From Saprospira sp. CCB-QB6 (GTDB taxonomy: Bacteria; Bacteroidota; Bacteroidia; Chitinophagales; Saprospiraceae): 64,000 nt of DNA. A model generated the notes under the pieces. The model saw only the letters and a program-made list of their open reading frames with translations. It ran no database searches and was not told the DNA's origin. Numbering within the stretch: the stretch's first letter is position 1; each line of letters starts with the position of its first letter. Below, in pieces: positions 27,602 through 36,165 of this stretch. The DNA is taken from contig NZ_CP116808.1 of NCBI RefSeq assembly GCF_028464065.1, forward strand, positions 1,007,886 through 1,071,885, read 5' to 3'. Position numbers and translations under genes: made by a program.

Positions 27602-28987
27602 ATGTCTTTTAATCCCTTTCTTTTTGTTGGAGCCTTTTTGCTCCTGCTGCCTAATCTTCCGGCCCAAGATAGCCTGAGCTATCAAAGCCTTATTGAGAAT
27701 GCACGGATTTATCATCCTTTGAGCCGACAAATTCAGCTTTTGGAGCAGACTGCAGAAGCCGAATTGCGCAAGGCTAGAGGAGGCTTAGATCCTAAACTCA
27801 TGGCCCAATGGGACCAAAAGCAATTTAAGAGCAAAGAATATTACGATATCTTTGAAAGCTATTTACAATTGCCTACCATTTGGGGAATTAACGTTCAGGC
27901 AGGTTACCGTTTGGCCGAGGGCTATTACCTCAACCCTGCCGACCAATTGCCTGCTGCGGGCCAAGCCTTTTTGGGGGTAGAAGTCCCGATCCTCAATGGT
28001 TTGATTCAAAATGAACGCCGCAACGCTATTCGGCAGGCGAAGTTACTACAATCGCAAAATCAGGCTGATCAATTGGCTCAAATTAACCAATTGCTCTATG
28101 ATATTTCGGCAGATTATTGGGGCTGGTCCTATAAACAGGCTTGTCTAGCCGTTTATGAGGAAAACCGAGAAATTCAAGCGACACAGTTGTCGCAATTGCG
28201 AGATCGCTTTTTACAAGGCGATATTGCTGCTATTGATACCCTTAAAGGCTTTATCCAATGGCAGGATGCTGGCCTCAAGCAATTGGAGGCCCGCCTAGCG
28301 AGTGAACAAGCTGCGCTAAAGGTAGAGCGACATCTTTGGGGCGAAGAATTAGAAGAAAAGAGCTTACCCCTAGGGAGCTTGGCCCAATCTATTTTGGCCC
28401 TTCCGCTGACGCCCTTGGATAGTGCGGATCTAGAGACATTATTGGACCGCTTGGAGCAACAGCCCGAATTACAAAGCTATGCTTTTCAGCAGCAGGGCTT
28501 GGAGCTAGAAGAACGGCTAAAAGCCAATAAATTACTGCCCAAAATTAAGTTGAAGTATAACTTCCTCGCTGGCGAAAGCTTGCAATTTGGCCAAGGAAGT
28601 CCCCTAGAATACTATAAACTAGGCGTACAACTAGAGCATCCTATTTTGATGCGTAGCGCCCGAGGCGATTTGGCCCTCAATCGGCTCAAGCAACAGAAGC
28701 TGGATTTTAAATTTCGCTTTAAGCAAAGAGATTTACAGACCAAACTCAAAAGCTATTTTATGGCCCTTCAGCAGGCCGTAGTGCAAGCCCAATTGGCCGA
28801 TGAATTAGTTGATAATTATCGGAAATTGGTGGTGGCCGAAAGAGAAAAGTTTGTACTGGGCGAGTCCGATATCTTTATGGTCAATACCCGCCAACAACAA
28901 TATGTAGAAGCTCAACTCAAAGCATTGAAGCTGCGCTATAATTATATCAAAAGCCGTATCGCTTGGCAATGGGCCACCAACTGGTAA
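27602..28987 (+). CDS. TolC-like outer membrane efflux protein
   Basis: Begins 3 bp after the HlyD gene. Signal peptide present. Two OEP-like repeats, each with a coiled-coil pattern. Confidence 0.7.
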   Translation: MSFNPFLFVGAFLLLLPNLPAQDSLSYQSLIENARIYHPLSRQIQLLEQTAEAELRKARGGLDPKLMAQWDQKQFKSKEYYDIFESYLQLPTIWGINVQAGYRLAEGYYLNPADQLPAAGQAFLGVEVPILNGLIQNERRNAIRQAKLLQSQNQADQLAQINQLLYDISADYWGWSYKQACLAVYEENREIQATQLSQLRDRFLQGDIAAIDTLKGFIQWQDAGLKQLEARLASEQAALKVERHLWGEELEEKSLPLGSLAQSILALPLTPLDSADLETLLDRLEQQPELQSYAFQQQGLELEERLKANKLLPKIKLKYNFLAGESLQFGQGSPLEYYKLGVQLEHPILMRSARGDLALNRLKQQKLDFKFRFKQRDLQTKLKSYFMALQQAVVQAQLADELVDNYRKLVVAEREKFVLGESDIFMVNTRQQQYVEAQLKALKLRYNYIKSRIAWQWATNW

Positions 28988-29054
28988 GCCGCCAAGATTA
29001 ATTATACAAAAGGGCGATCTAGATAACTCTAGATCGCCCTTTCTTTGTTTTTTG

Positions 29055-29200
29055 CAGTTAGGGGGCGCGAAGCGCCCGGCTGAGCGGCGGGAGCAGGGCC
29101 GCCGCAGGCGGCAGACCAAAGCCCGCAGGGCTGCAGGGCCGAGCGACCTGCGAGCTGCGGACTGGCGCGACCCGACCGCAGGGAGGGGCAGCCCCAAATA
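29055..29200 (-). repeat. GC-rich repeat element R10
   Basis: gcgacccgaccgcagggaggggcagccccaaa is the reverse complement of tttggggctgcccctccctgcggtcgggtcgc. Confidence 0.75.
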
Positions 29201-29241
29201 AAAACAGCTACGGAGACTCGCCCAGTAGCTGTTGCATTTTG

Positions 29242-29958
29242 CTAATACTCAAAAGCGTATTGAACCAAATTGGCCCCCATTTGCAAAGAGAGTATGCGTT
29301 TATCCTCAGGGTCGTTGTGGACCTCCTGATCCTCCCAACCATCTCCCAAATCCGTTTCGTAACTGTAGAAGCAAACCACTCGGCCCTCCCAAAGCAAGGC
29401 AAAACCCTGTGCGGGCTTGTCGTCATGCTTATGGATCTTAGGAATTCCCCCCTTAAATTTATAATTCATGTTATAAATGGGGTGGTCGTAGGGCAGCTCC
29501 ACAAAATCTAATTCTGGGAACACCTTTTTCATAGCCGGGCGGATAAAAGGATCCATCCCATAGTTGTCGTCAATATGTAAGAAGCCGCCAGAGATCAGAT
29601 AGGTCCTGAGGTTTTCGGCTTCAGCATCGGAGAAAACGACATTCCCGTGGCCCGTCATGTGCAAAAAGGCATAATCAAAGATTTCGGCGCTACCTACATC
29701 TACGGTGGCATAATCTAGCTCAAAATTGCTATAGAGTTTCTGCTTGCAGAAGCTAGCTAGATTAGGCAGGGCGGTGGGGTTGGCATACCAGTCTCCACCG
29801 CCTTTGTATTTGAGTAGCCCCATTTGTAGTGTTGTCTGACTATTTTGCGGTTTGGCTTGCATAGTTTGCGCCTGCCTAGAGATATTGATTGTAGGCATTT
29901 GGGCCATTAGTGAGCCCGTTAGGAAGAAAAAAAAGCAAGCAATTCTAAGTACAAACAT
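29242..29958 (-). CDS. secreted hypothetical protein (238 aa; possibly DUF4159-like)
   Basis: Signal peptide present. The conserved-looking core YKGGGDWYANPTALPNL...LHMTGHGNVVFS is assigned only tentatively to a family. Confidence 0.45.
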   Translation of the reverse strand: MFVLRIACFFFFLTGSLMAQMPTINISRQAQTMQAKPQNSQTTLQMGLLKYKGGGDWYANPTALPNLASFCKQKLYSNFELDYATVDVGSAEIFDYAFLHMTGHGNVVFSDAEAENLRTYLISGGFLHIDDNYGMDPFIRPAMKKVFPELDFVELPYDHPIYNMNYKFKGGIPKIHKHDDKPAQGFALLWEGRVVCFYSYETDLGDGWEDQEVHNDPEDKRILSLQMGANLVQYAFEY

Positions 29959-29975
29959 TGGGGAGCATTTTTTGG

Positions 29976-30563
29976 TTAGCGGCGGGCAAAAACCATCTTG
30001 TAGCGGCGTGGAATATCGCCCGTCTGAATTTTATCGAGCCGCTTTTTGAGCATTCTCTTTTTGAGTGGCGTGAGGTAATCGGTAAACAAAACGCCCTCAA
30101 TATGGTCATATTCGTGTTGAATAACGCGGGCATTGAGCCCATCAAATACCTTCTCCTTGAGCTCAAAGTTCTGATCGTAGTATTCGATGCGAACCTGGGC
30201 TTTGCGTTTTACTTTTCCATGAATATCAGGGATGCTGAGGCAGCCCTCTTCATAGGTCCAAGGCTTACCCGCTTCTTCAATAATAATCGGGTTAATAAAT
30301 ACCTCTTTAAGGCCTTTTTCCCCATTCTTTTCTTCATCGAGTTGAAGGGTGTCGACCAAAAAAAGGCGGAGACTTTGGCCCACCTGAGGGGCTGCAATGC
30401 CCATGCCACCTGCATGATACATGGTCTCCCACATATTTTCGATCAGCTCTTCTAAGCCCTTAGAGTTATTTTCTATTTCCTCGCACTCTTTGCGCAAGAC
30501 AGGATGCCCGTAGGCATAAATTGCTAGTTTCATACTATTTTGTACATCAATCAATTGGGGCAA
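29976..30563 (-). CDS. def: peptide deformylase
   Basis: All three PDF motifs are present: GIAAPQVG, EGCLSIP and HEYDHIEG. Confidence 0.9.
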   Translation of the reverse strand: MPQLIDVQNSMKLAIYAYGHPVLRKECEEIENNSKGLEELIENMWETMYHAGGMGIAAPQVGQSLRLFLVDTLQLDEEKNGEKGLKEVFINPIIIEEAGKPWTYEEGCLSIPDIHGKVKRKAQVRIEYYDQNFELKEKVFDGLNARVIQHEYDHIEGVLFTDYLTPLKKRMLKKRLDKIQTGDIPRRYKMVFARR

Positions 30564-30572
30564 TAAGGCCCC

Positions 30573-30983
30573 TTAAAGAAATCCCATATATTCTTGTAAA
30601 ATAATGGCAGCACTCACTTGGTCTACTAGGCCTTTTTCTTGGCGTTTTTTCTTCTTCTTGACCGAAAAGCGAATGACCTCTTTGGCCATCTGAGAGGTGA
30701 AATGTTCATCTTGGCGATGCACCTTTAAATTGGGAAAACGCTTTTGCAGCTTCGCAATAAACTCCAAAATCTGAGCTTCCTGCGGTACAGGCTGCCCATC
30801 TTTTTGCAGCACTTGCCCAACTACCAAAGCATCTACCTCTTCCTCTTGCAAATAGTTGCAGAGATAGTCATACAACTCCTCTGTTGCTACCGTGCAAAGG
30901 GGAGAAGCAATCAACTGCAGGGGGTCGGTTGTCGCCAAGCCCGAGCGTCTTTTTCCGTAATCTAATGCCATTATTCTTGCCAT
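30573..30983 (-). CDS. ruvX: Holliday junction resolvase-like RuvX/YqgF
   Basis: N-terminal signature MALDYGKRRSGLATTD. The start was moved to the internal Met (MARIMALDYG), because the track ORF carries a 35-aa spurious extension. Confidence 0.8.
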   Translation of the reverse strand: MARIMALDYGKRRSGLATTDPLQLIASPLCTVATEELYDYLCNYLQEEEVDALVVGQVLQKDGQPVPQEAQILEFIAKLQKRFPNLKVHRQDEHFTSQMAKEVIRFSVKKKKKRQEKGLVDQVSAAIILQEYMGFL

Positions 30984-31139
30984 GCCGCCAAGATAAGTAT
31001 TTTTCCTAAAACAATTTTCTAGGGCTTTGGTTGGCTGGCAGATTCTTCTGCTCCATAAACAAGAAACGAAAAAGTTGGACTGGACCAAAAATTAGTTCTA
31101 TTTTTGAGCCTGATTTAAACCACCTAAGTCCTCATTCTC

Positions 31140-32048
31140 ATGAAATCTTTCTTTAAATTTCTATACTACTTCCTTAGTTCTAAGGTATTTCTCAAGAATA
31201 TTGGGATGATGATCGGCATCGCCTTGCTGAGCTTTGTCCTCCTCTTTTGGGTTATTTTGCCCTCTTATACTCGACACAATGAGTCCATCGAGGTACCCGA
31301 TATCAAAGGCCTTTCGGTCAAAAATGCCGAGCGCCAACTCAAAAGCCGAAAGCTTCGCCTAGTGGTGACCGACACAATTTATGATGCCAAGAGAAACCCC
31401 GGCATTATCCTCAAACAATCGCCCGAAGCCAATAGCCGCGTTAAACCCAACCGCAGCATTTACCTAACGGTCAACTCCAATAGTGCGCCCCCCGTCAATA
31501 TCTATTATAATGAGATCATTGGCCGCCCCCTCAATTTTGTCGAGAAGAAATTTAGAGCCCTCGGCCTCAAAATTGGCCAACTCAAGTATGTCGATGGAGG
31601 TGGAGAAAATACCGTGGCCGCCGCCTACACCAAAGATAAAATTCTCATCTTTAAGGAGGCCGATCCTAGTAAGGGCGAACGCCGCCCCAAACAACCTTAT
31701 CAACTCAAACAAGGCGATAAGATTGATCTCGAACTCTATAAAGGAAAGGATAGTGGCAAAAAAACGATTCCCGACCTCAGTTGCATGATTTTCTCCGAGG
31801 CCGAATTCTCAATCAAAGCCAATGCTTTTTATATTGGCACCGTGAGCTATGGCCCCAATATCATTGATACCATGAATGCCTATGTGGTCCGCCAATCGCC
31901 CTCTGCTGCCTCTAAAGCAAGCATGGGCGCAGGAATCGACATCTGGCTCTCTGCCGAAAAACCCGAAGTTTGCAACGAAATGAACCAAGAAGATGCTCCC
32001 AATAGCGGAGATACTTTTGATGATGATTTTGGCGGAATCGGCGGCTAA
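31140..32048 (+). CDS. PASTA domain-containing membrane protein
   Basis: An N-terminal TM helix followed by segments with the PASTA-like pattern (VPDIKGLSVKNAERQL..LRLVV). Confidence 0.55.
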   Translation: MKSFFKFLYYFLSSKVFLKNIGMMIGIALLSFVLLFWVILPSYTRHNESIEVPDIKGLSVKNAERQLKSRKLRLVVTDTIYDAKRNPGIILKQSPEANSRVKPNRSIYLTVNSNSAPPVNIYYNEIIGRPLNFVEKKFRALGLKIGQLKYVDGGGENTVAAAYTKDKILIFKEADPSKGERRPKQPYQLKQGDKIDLELYKGKDSGKKTIPDLSCMIFSEAEFSIKANAFYIGTVSYGPNIIDTMNAYVVRQSPSAASKASMGAGIDIWLSAEKPEVCNEMNQEDAPNSGDTFDDDFGGIGG

Positions 32049-32103
32049 AACAATCCTCCTCTCCCGCTAATCTTCTTTTCTGATTAGCTACATATAGCAG
32101 CAA

Positions 32104-32138
32104 AATAGCCTTCTAGTTTTTAGACTAGAAGGCTGTTT
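32104..32138 (+). terminator. rho-independent terminator
   Basis: Hairpin AGCCTTCTAGT TTTT AGACTAGAAGGCT followed by T7. Confidence 0.65.
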
Positions 32139-32292
32139 TTTTGGGGCTGCCCCTCCCTGCGGTCGGGTCGGGCTGTTTCGCAGCTCGCTATTCGCTCGGC
32201 CCTTCGGCGCAAAGCGCCTCGGTCTGGCCCTGCGGGCCACTGCTGTCCATCCCTCAGCCGATGCTCTGGGCTTCGCCCAGACTGGAAGCGGG
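32139..32292 (+). repeat. GC-rich repeat element R11
   Basis: ttttggggctgcccctccctgcggtcgggtcgggctgtttcgcagctcgctattcgctcggccc... This is near-identical to R20 at 54877. Confidence 0.8.
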
Positions 32293-32384
32293 ATTGCTGC
32301 TCTATCCCCTCCAATAATGACTAAAGGCAAAAGAGCATTGCCCTTTTTCTGTTGATTTGGACCAAAGTTTAGCTGCTCATCCCC

Positions 32385-32799
32385 CTTGGGGATTCCCCCA
32401 AGCCAATCGGAGGCGGCAAATTAGCATGGGGAAATTCCCCATGGCGATCGGAGGCGGCAAATTAGCATGGGGAAATTCCCCATGGCGATCGGAGGCGGCA
32501 AATTAGCGTGGGGAAATTCCCCATGGCGTTTGGATTTTTCCGATTAGCCTGGGGAAAATCCCCAAGGCGTTTGGATTTTTCCGATTAGTGTGGGGAAATT
32601 CCCCATGGCGTTTGGATTTTTCCGATTAGCGTGGGGAAATTCCCCATGGCGTTTGGATTTTTCCGATTAACGTGGGGAAATTCCCCATGGCGTTTGGATT
32701 TTTCCGATTAGCGTGGGGAAATTCCCCATGGCGTTTGGATTTTTCCGATTAGCCTGGGGAAATTCCCCATGGCGTTTGGATTTTTCCGATTAACGTGGG
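32385..32799 (+). repeat. tandem array 2: about 9-10 x 41-bp units (GGGGAAATTCCCCATGGCG...), homologous to array 1
   Basis: The leader ccaatcggaggcggcaaattagc is followed by three hybrid units (ggggaaattccccatggcgatcggaggcggcaaattagcat). These are followed by units of the array-1 type. The tail gggatagctgtctaaggccctatcttttttttctggaccg matches the array-1 tail at 9486-9535. Confidence 0.9.
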
Positions 32800-33159
32800 A
32801 TAGCTGTCTAAGGCCCTATCTTTTTTTTCTGGACCGCCCCTACTACAGATCAGCTAGGCTCGCTTAAAAACAAAATATTGAAAACCCTTGTATTCTTGGG
32901 CCAAGAATCCTGCAGCCTAAAGGCCGCAGGGCCATAGCTGTAGGTTGAAACCTACAGCCAATTAACGAATGCATTTTAATATAGTATGCAGGGTTAAAAC
33001 CCTCCATAAACAAACATCTTCTAGGCTGCCTAAATCATAAATGCAGCAATTCAGAGGGCTGTTAAAAGCTGTGGAGGGTTTCAACCCTCCACGCTATGGA
33101 TCTAGGCTGTTTTTTGTTGTCTGGCTGTAGGTTTCAACCTACAGACCTCATTGGAGATG

Positions 33160-33300
33160 GCCGAAGGCCAAATGGCCTAGCGATGTGCAGCAGTGGCCGT
33201 CAGGCCAGACCAAGCGGGCCTAAGCCCGCGCAGGGCCGAGCGAATAGCGAGCTGCGGAACGTAGCGCCGCAAGGCCGTAGGCCGCAGCGGAGGCCCCAAA
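33160..33300 (-). repeat. GC-rich repeat element R12
   Basis: ggcctagcgatgtgcagcagtggcc...gggccgagcgaatagcgagctgcggaacgtagcgcc...ggaggccccaaaac. Confidence 0.75.
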
Positions 33301-33305
33301 ACAGA

Positions 33306-36014
33306 TTAATTCTCTTTATTGGAATGCTGCAATTGCTTTTGAGCTTCTCGTTCTTGGCCAAAGGTCAGAATATGGCGAATAAAATCGAAGGGTTGATAGC
33401 CATTGATTGCCGTTTGGTGGAAGATGCAGGTAGCGGGCGTCATGCCGGGCAAAGAATTGACCTCGATGACGAGGGTTTCGGCACGGCCATCGGCATAAAT
33501 GCGGACAAAAGCATCGATTCGGGCATAGCCCGTAACGCCCAAAATGCGTGCGGCCTGCTCCAAATCTGCTTTGATTTGGGCCGCCAGGGGCGCGTATTCG
33601 AGTTCGCCAACAGCTAGGCGGGCGGGGGTAATATTTTGACCTTCTCCAGCCAAAAATTTCTCTTCCAGCGATAAAATCTCGCCAGAGGCTAGGGTTTCGG
33701 AAGGTTCAAAGACCTCATAGCGGATGCTTCCATCAGCCTCGTGATGGCAAAGTAGGCCCACCGTCACTTCTAGAAAGTGCAGGGCATCTTTTTGCTCAAC
33801 CAGCTGCTCTAAGAGGGCATATTCCTTTTGGGGAAACTCCTCTTTGGGTAGAATAGCTAGGCGATCTTGGGCAATTTGGGGCAGGGCTTCTTCCTCGCGG
33901 AAAAGGGCGGCCAGAAAGGCCTCCAGTTCTGCCTCATTTTTGATCTTTTTCACGGCAGAGCTACAGCCATCATCTACGGGCTTGGCGATCAGGGGCCAGC
34001 CCAGCTTTTCGCCAGCTTCTTTGAGGCAGGCTTGAGTTTGGGCCAGATAATCGCTTTTGCTCAAGAGGATTTGTTCGGTAACGGGTAGGCCTGCGGCTTT
34101 CAGCTTTTGTAGACTTTGATATTTATCGATCGTCAAGGCGGCAGAATCGGCCTCGGAGCCATTAAAAGCGATCCCTCTTTGGGCCAATTCTCTTTGGAGG
34201 GCGCCATCCTCACCGGGGCGGCCATGCAAAGCGATAAAGGCCAGGCGGGTCTCTTCCGCTAGGGCATCAAAAGAGAGTGGGCGGGGATCAAGGCGGCTAC
34301 TGCGGCCAGAAAACTGCTGAGCAATATGGGCCGTTTCTTGGCGAATCTGTTGGATAATGGGATGCACCTTATAATTCAGCAACTTATCGCGAATATCATC
34401 TGCATTATCCTTGAGCAAAAGGTTGATGGGCAGCTCATAGAGCTGTTGGTCATCGGCCTTGCCCGTAAGGAAAACGGGAAAGGGCAGGTAATTGGCCGAG
34501 CTGGCCAACTTTTCATAAATATTGCGGCCACTTTCTACCGAAATATGGCGCTCGGAAGAATATCCGCCAAGGATGACGGCCACCTTTTGGAGTTCGGAAA
34601 CCTCTCCTTCTAGGCGTTGCATCTCGCTTTCCAATTGGGCCAATAATTGGCCGTAGTTATTGGGGCGCAGGCATTTTCGGCTGCGGGCCAAGAGCGATCG
34701 GTGGATAATAAAGCTGAGAAAATGCGAGGGATTGAGGCCAATTTCGGCGGCTTGATGGAAAAAGAAAGAAGAAGGCAGCATACCCGAAGTGGTATTCGGG
34801 TCATTGAGAATAATGCGGCCATCGGCTTGGATAAAACCATCAATTCGGGCATAGACATCAAACTCTAGGAAGCGGAAAAGGCGTTCGCACTCTTGTCGGA
34901 TCGCTTGAATTTGTTCCTCGGGCAAATCGATAGGCGTCAACTTGCGAGAGAGTCCGGCCAGATACTTAGAACGGTAGTCAAAGAGCTCTTTGCCTTTGAT
35001 AATCTCGGTGGGGGGCAGAGCGATCGGTTGGCCGTCTTCATCTTGGATCACGACACAGGAAAACTCTCGGCCTTCGATAAAGCCTTCAAGTAAAACGCTT
35101 TCTTCTCGGTATTGGCTTTGTAGGTGGAGTTTGGGGCTATGTCCCTGCCCTAATTCCTTATCGAGTAGGGCCAGTAATTGCTCGGGATGGTAGAGCAATT
35201 GTTTATCTTTTTTGGGGCCTTGTACTTCTAGCGGGAACCCTAAGCCAGATCGGATATCAAGTAATTTGCGCATCCATTGGATCTGTTCCTCTCTATTCAT
35301 TTGCTGCCAATCTTGGGCGCTAATTTCGAGACCAAAGAAGGCATCTTCTAGGGCGGCGATAAGGTCTTCGGGTTGATCGACAATACTCACACCGATAGAA
35401 GAGCCTTGATTAGAGGGGCGAACGACTAGGGGGAAGCCCATTTCCTTTTTGAGCTGCTCCATATTGGGCAGTTGGCCGCTCCAGTCTTTGGCCCAGATTT
35501 GTTGGATGGGGGGGCTTTCGAAACCGCCAGCCTGCATCATCTTCTTTTGGAAACTTTTGTCCATGCCCAGACTACTTGCTCGAATGCCAGAGCCACTATA
35601 GGGGATGCCTAGGGCCTCTAACATGCCTTGGAGTTGGCCATCTTCGCCCCATTCGCCATGTAGGCTAAGGAAGGCAAAATCAATTAGTTCGGGTAATTCG
35701 CTAAAGCTAATTGGGCGACCAATTTGGCCGAGTAATTCCTTAGAAGCTTGTTTAGAGAGACCGAGACTTTCCACATAAATTTGAAAATGATGTGGGCTAG
35801 GTGGTAGGGCCTGCACGGGGGGATAAAAGTCGCGGATACTGCCTTTATAGAGATACTCCCAATCGAGTAGGCAAAGTTGGCCAAAGCTATCGACAAAAAT
35901 AGGGATAGGCCGAAAGAGTTGTTTATTTAGATTATCGTAGACGGTTCGGCCGCCTGCAAAGGCGATTTCGCGTTCGCGGGAAGGGCCGGCCAGAAAGATT
36001 CCAATAGTTAACAT
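33306..36014 (-). CDS. tandem D-alanine--D-alanine ligase-like protein (two complete Ddl/ATP-grasp modules fused, 902 aa)
   Basis: Two Ddl N-domain motifs are present (GIFLAGPSREREIAFAGGRTVYDNL and VAVILGGYSSERHISVESGRNIYEKL). There are two central LHG..GEDG..Q motifs and two ATP-grasp cores (GFPLVVRPSNQGSSIGVSIV and GWPLIAKPVDDGCSSAVKKI). The C-terminus has EVNSLPGMT. Confidence 0.7.
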   Translation of the reverse strand: MLTIGIFLAGPSREREIAFAGGRTVYDNLNKQLFRPIPIFVDSFGQLCLLDWEYLYKGSIRDFYPPVQALPPSPHHFQIYVESLGLSKQASKELLGQIGRPISFSELPELIDFAFLSLHGEWGEDGQLQGMLEALGIPYSGSGIRASSLGMDKSFQKKMMQAGGFESPPIQQIWAKDWSGQLPNMEQLKKEMGFPLVVRPSNQGSSIGVSIVDQPEDLIAALEDAFFGLEISAQDWQQMNREEQIQWMRKLLDIRSGLGFPLEVQGPKKDKQLLYHPEQLLALLDKELGQGHSPKLHLQSQYREESVLLEGFIEGREFSCVVIQDEDGQPIALPPTEIIKGKELFDYRSKYLAGLSRKLTPIDLPEEQIQAIRQECERLFRFLEFDVYARIDGFIQADGRIILNDPNTTSGMLPSSFFFHQAAEIGLNPSHFLSFIIHRSLLARSRKCLRPNNYGQLLAQLESEMQRLEGEVSELQKVAVILGGYSSERHISVESGRNIYEKLASSANYLPFPVFLTGKADDQQLYELPINLLLKDNADDIRDKLLNYKVHPIIQQIRQETAHIAQQFSGRSSRLDPRPLSFDALAEETRLAFIALHGRPGEDGALQRELAQRGIAFNGSEADSAALTIDKYQSLQKLKAAGLPVTEQILLSKSDYLAQTQACLKEAGEKLGWPLIAKPVDDGCSSAVKKIKNEAELEAFLAALFREEEALPQIAQDRLAILPKEEFPQKEYALLEQLVEQKDALHFLEVTVGLLCHHEADGSIRYEVFEPSETLASGEILSLEEKFLAGEGQNITPARLAVGELEYAPLAAQIKADLEQAARILGVTGYARIDAFVRIYADGRAETLVIEVNSLPGMTPATCIFHQTAINGYQPFDFIRHILTFGQEREAQKQLQHSNKEN

Positions 36015-36111
36015 AGGCGCAAGGCGGATTTATAATGATGCGCGCAAAGGTAGCAGATTTTTTAGAGAGTTTGGAGAGTAGAAGGAGGAGAGTATTAGAG
36101 GGGGAATAGCA

Positions 36112-36142
36112 AAAGGCCTCGACAAAATTGTCGAGGCCTAGA
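36112..36142 (-). terminator. terminator for the Big_2 lipoprotein gene
   Basis: Hairpin GGCCTCGACAA AATT GTCGAGGCC followed by a T-run on the minus strand. Confidence 0.55.
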
Positions 36143-36165
36143 ACAAACTTTGATATTAAGTTATA

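Noticed and set aside
30984-31088. N-terminal 35-aa extension of the ruvX ORF, and similar extensions of the udk, ridA and fdx ORFs
   Set aside because: The conserved family N-termini begin at internal Met codons. The extensions are Cys/Trp-rich or repeat-derived and are not conserved-looking.
36016-36165. Possible small gene or ncRNA between the tandem Ddl-like gene and the Big_2 lipoprotein gene
   Set aside because: The region contains only a terminator hairpin and AG-rich filler. It has no ORF and no conserved-looking structure beyond the terminator.
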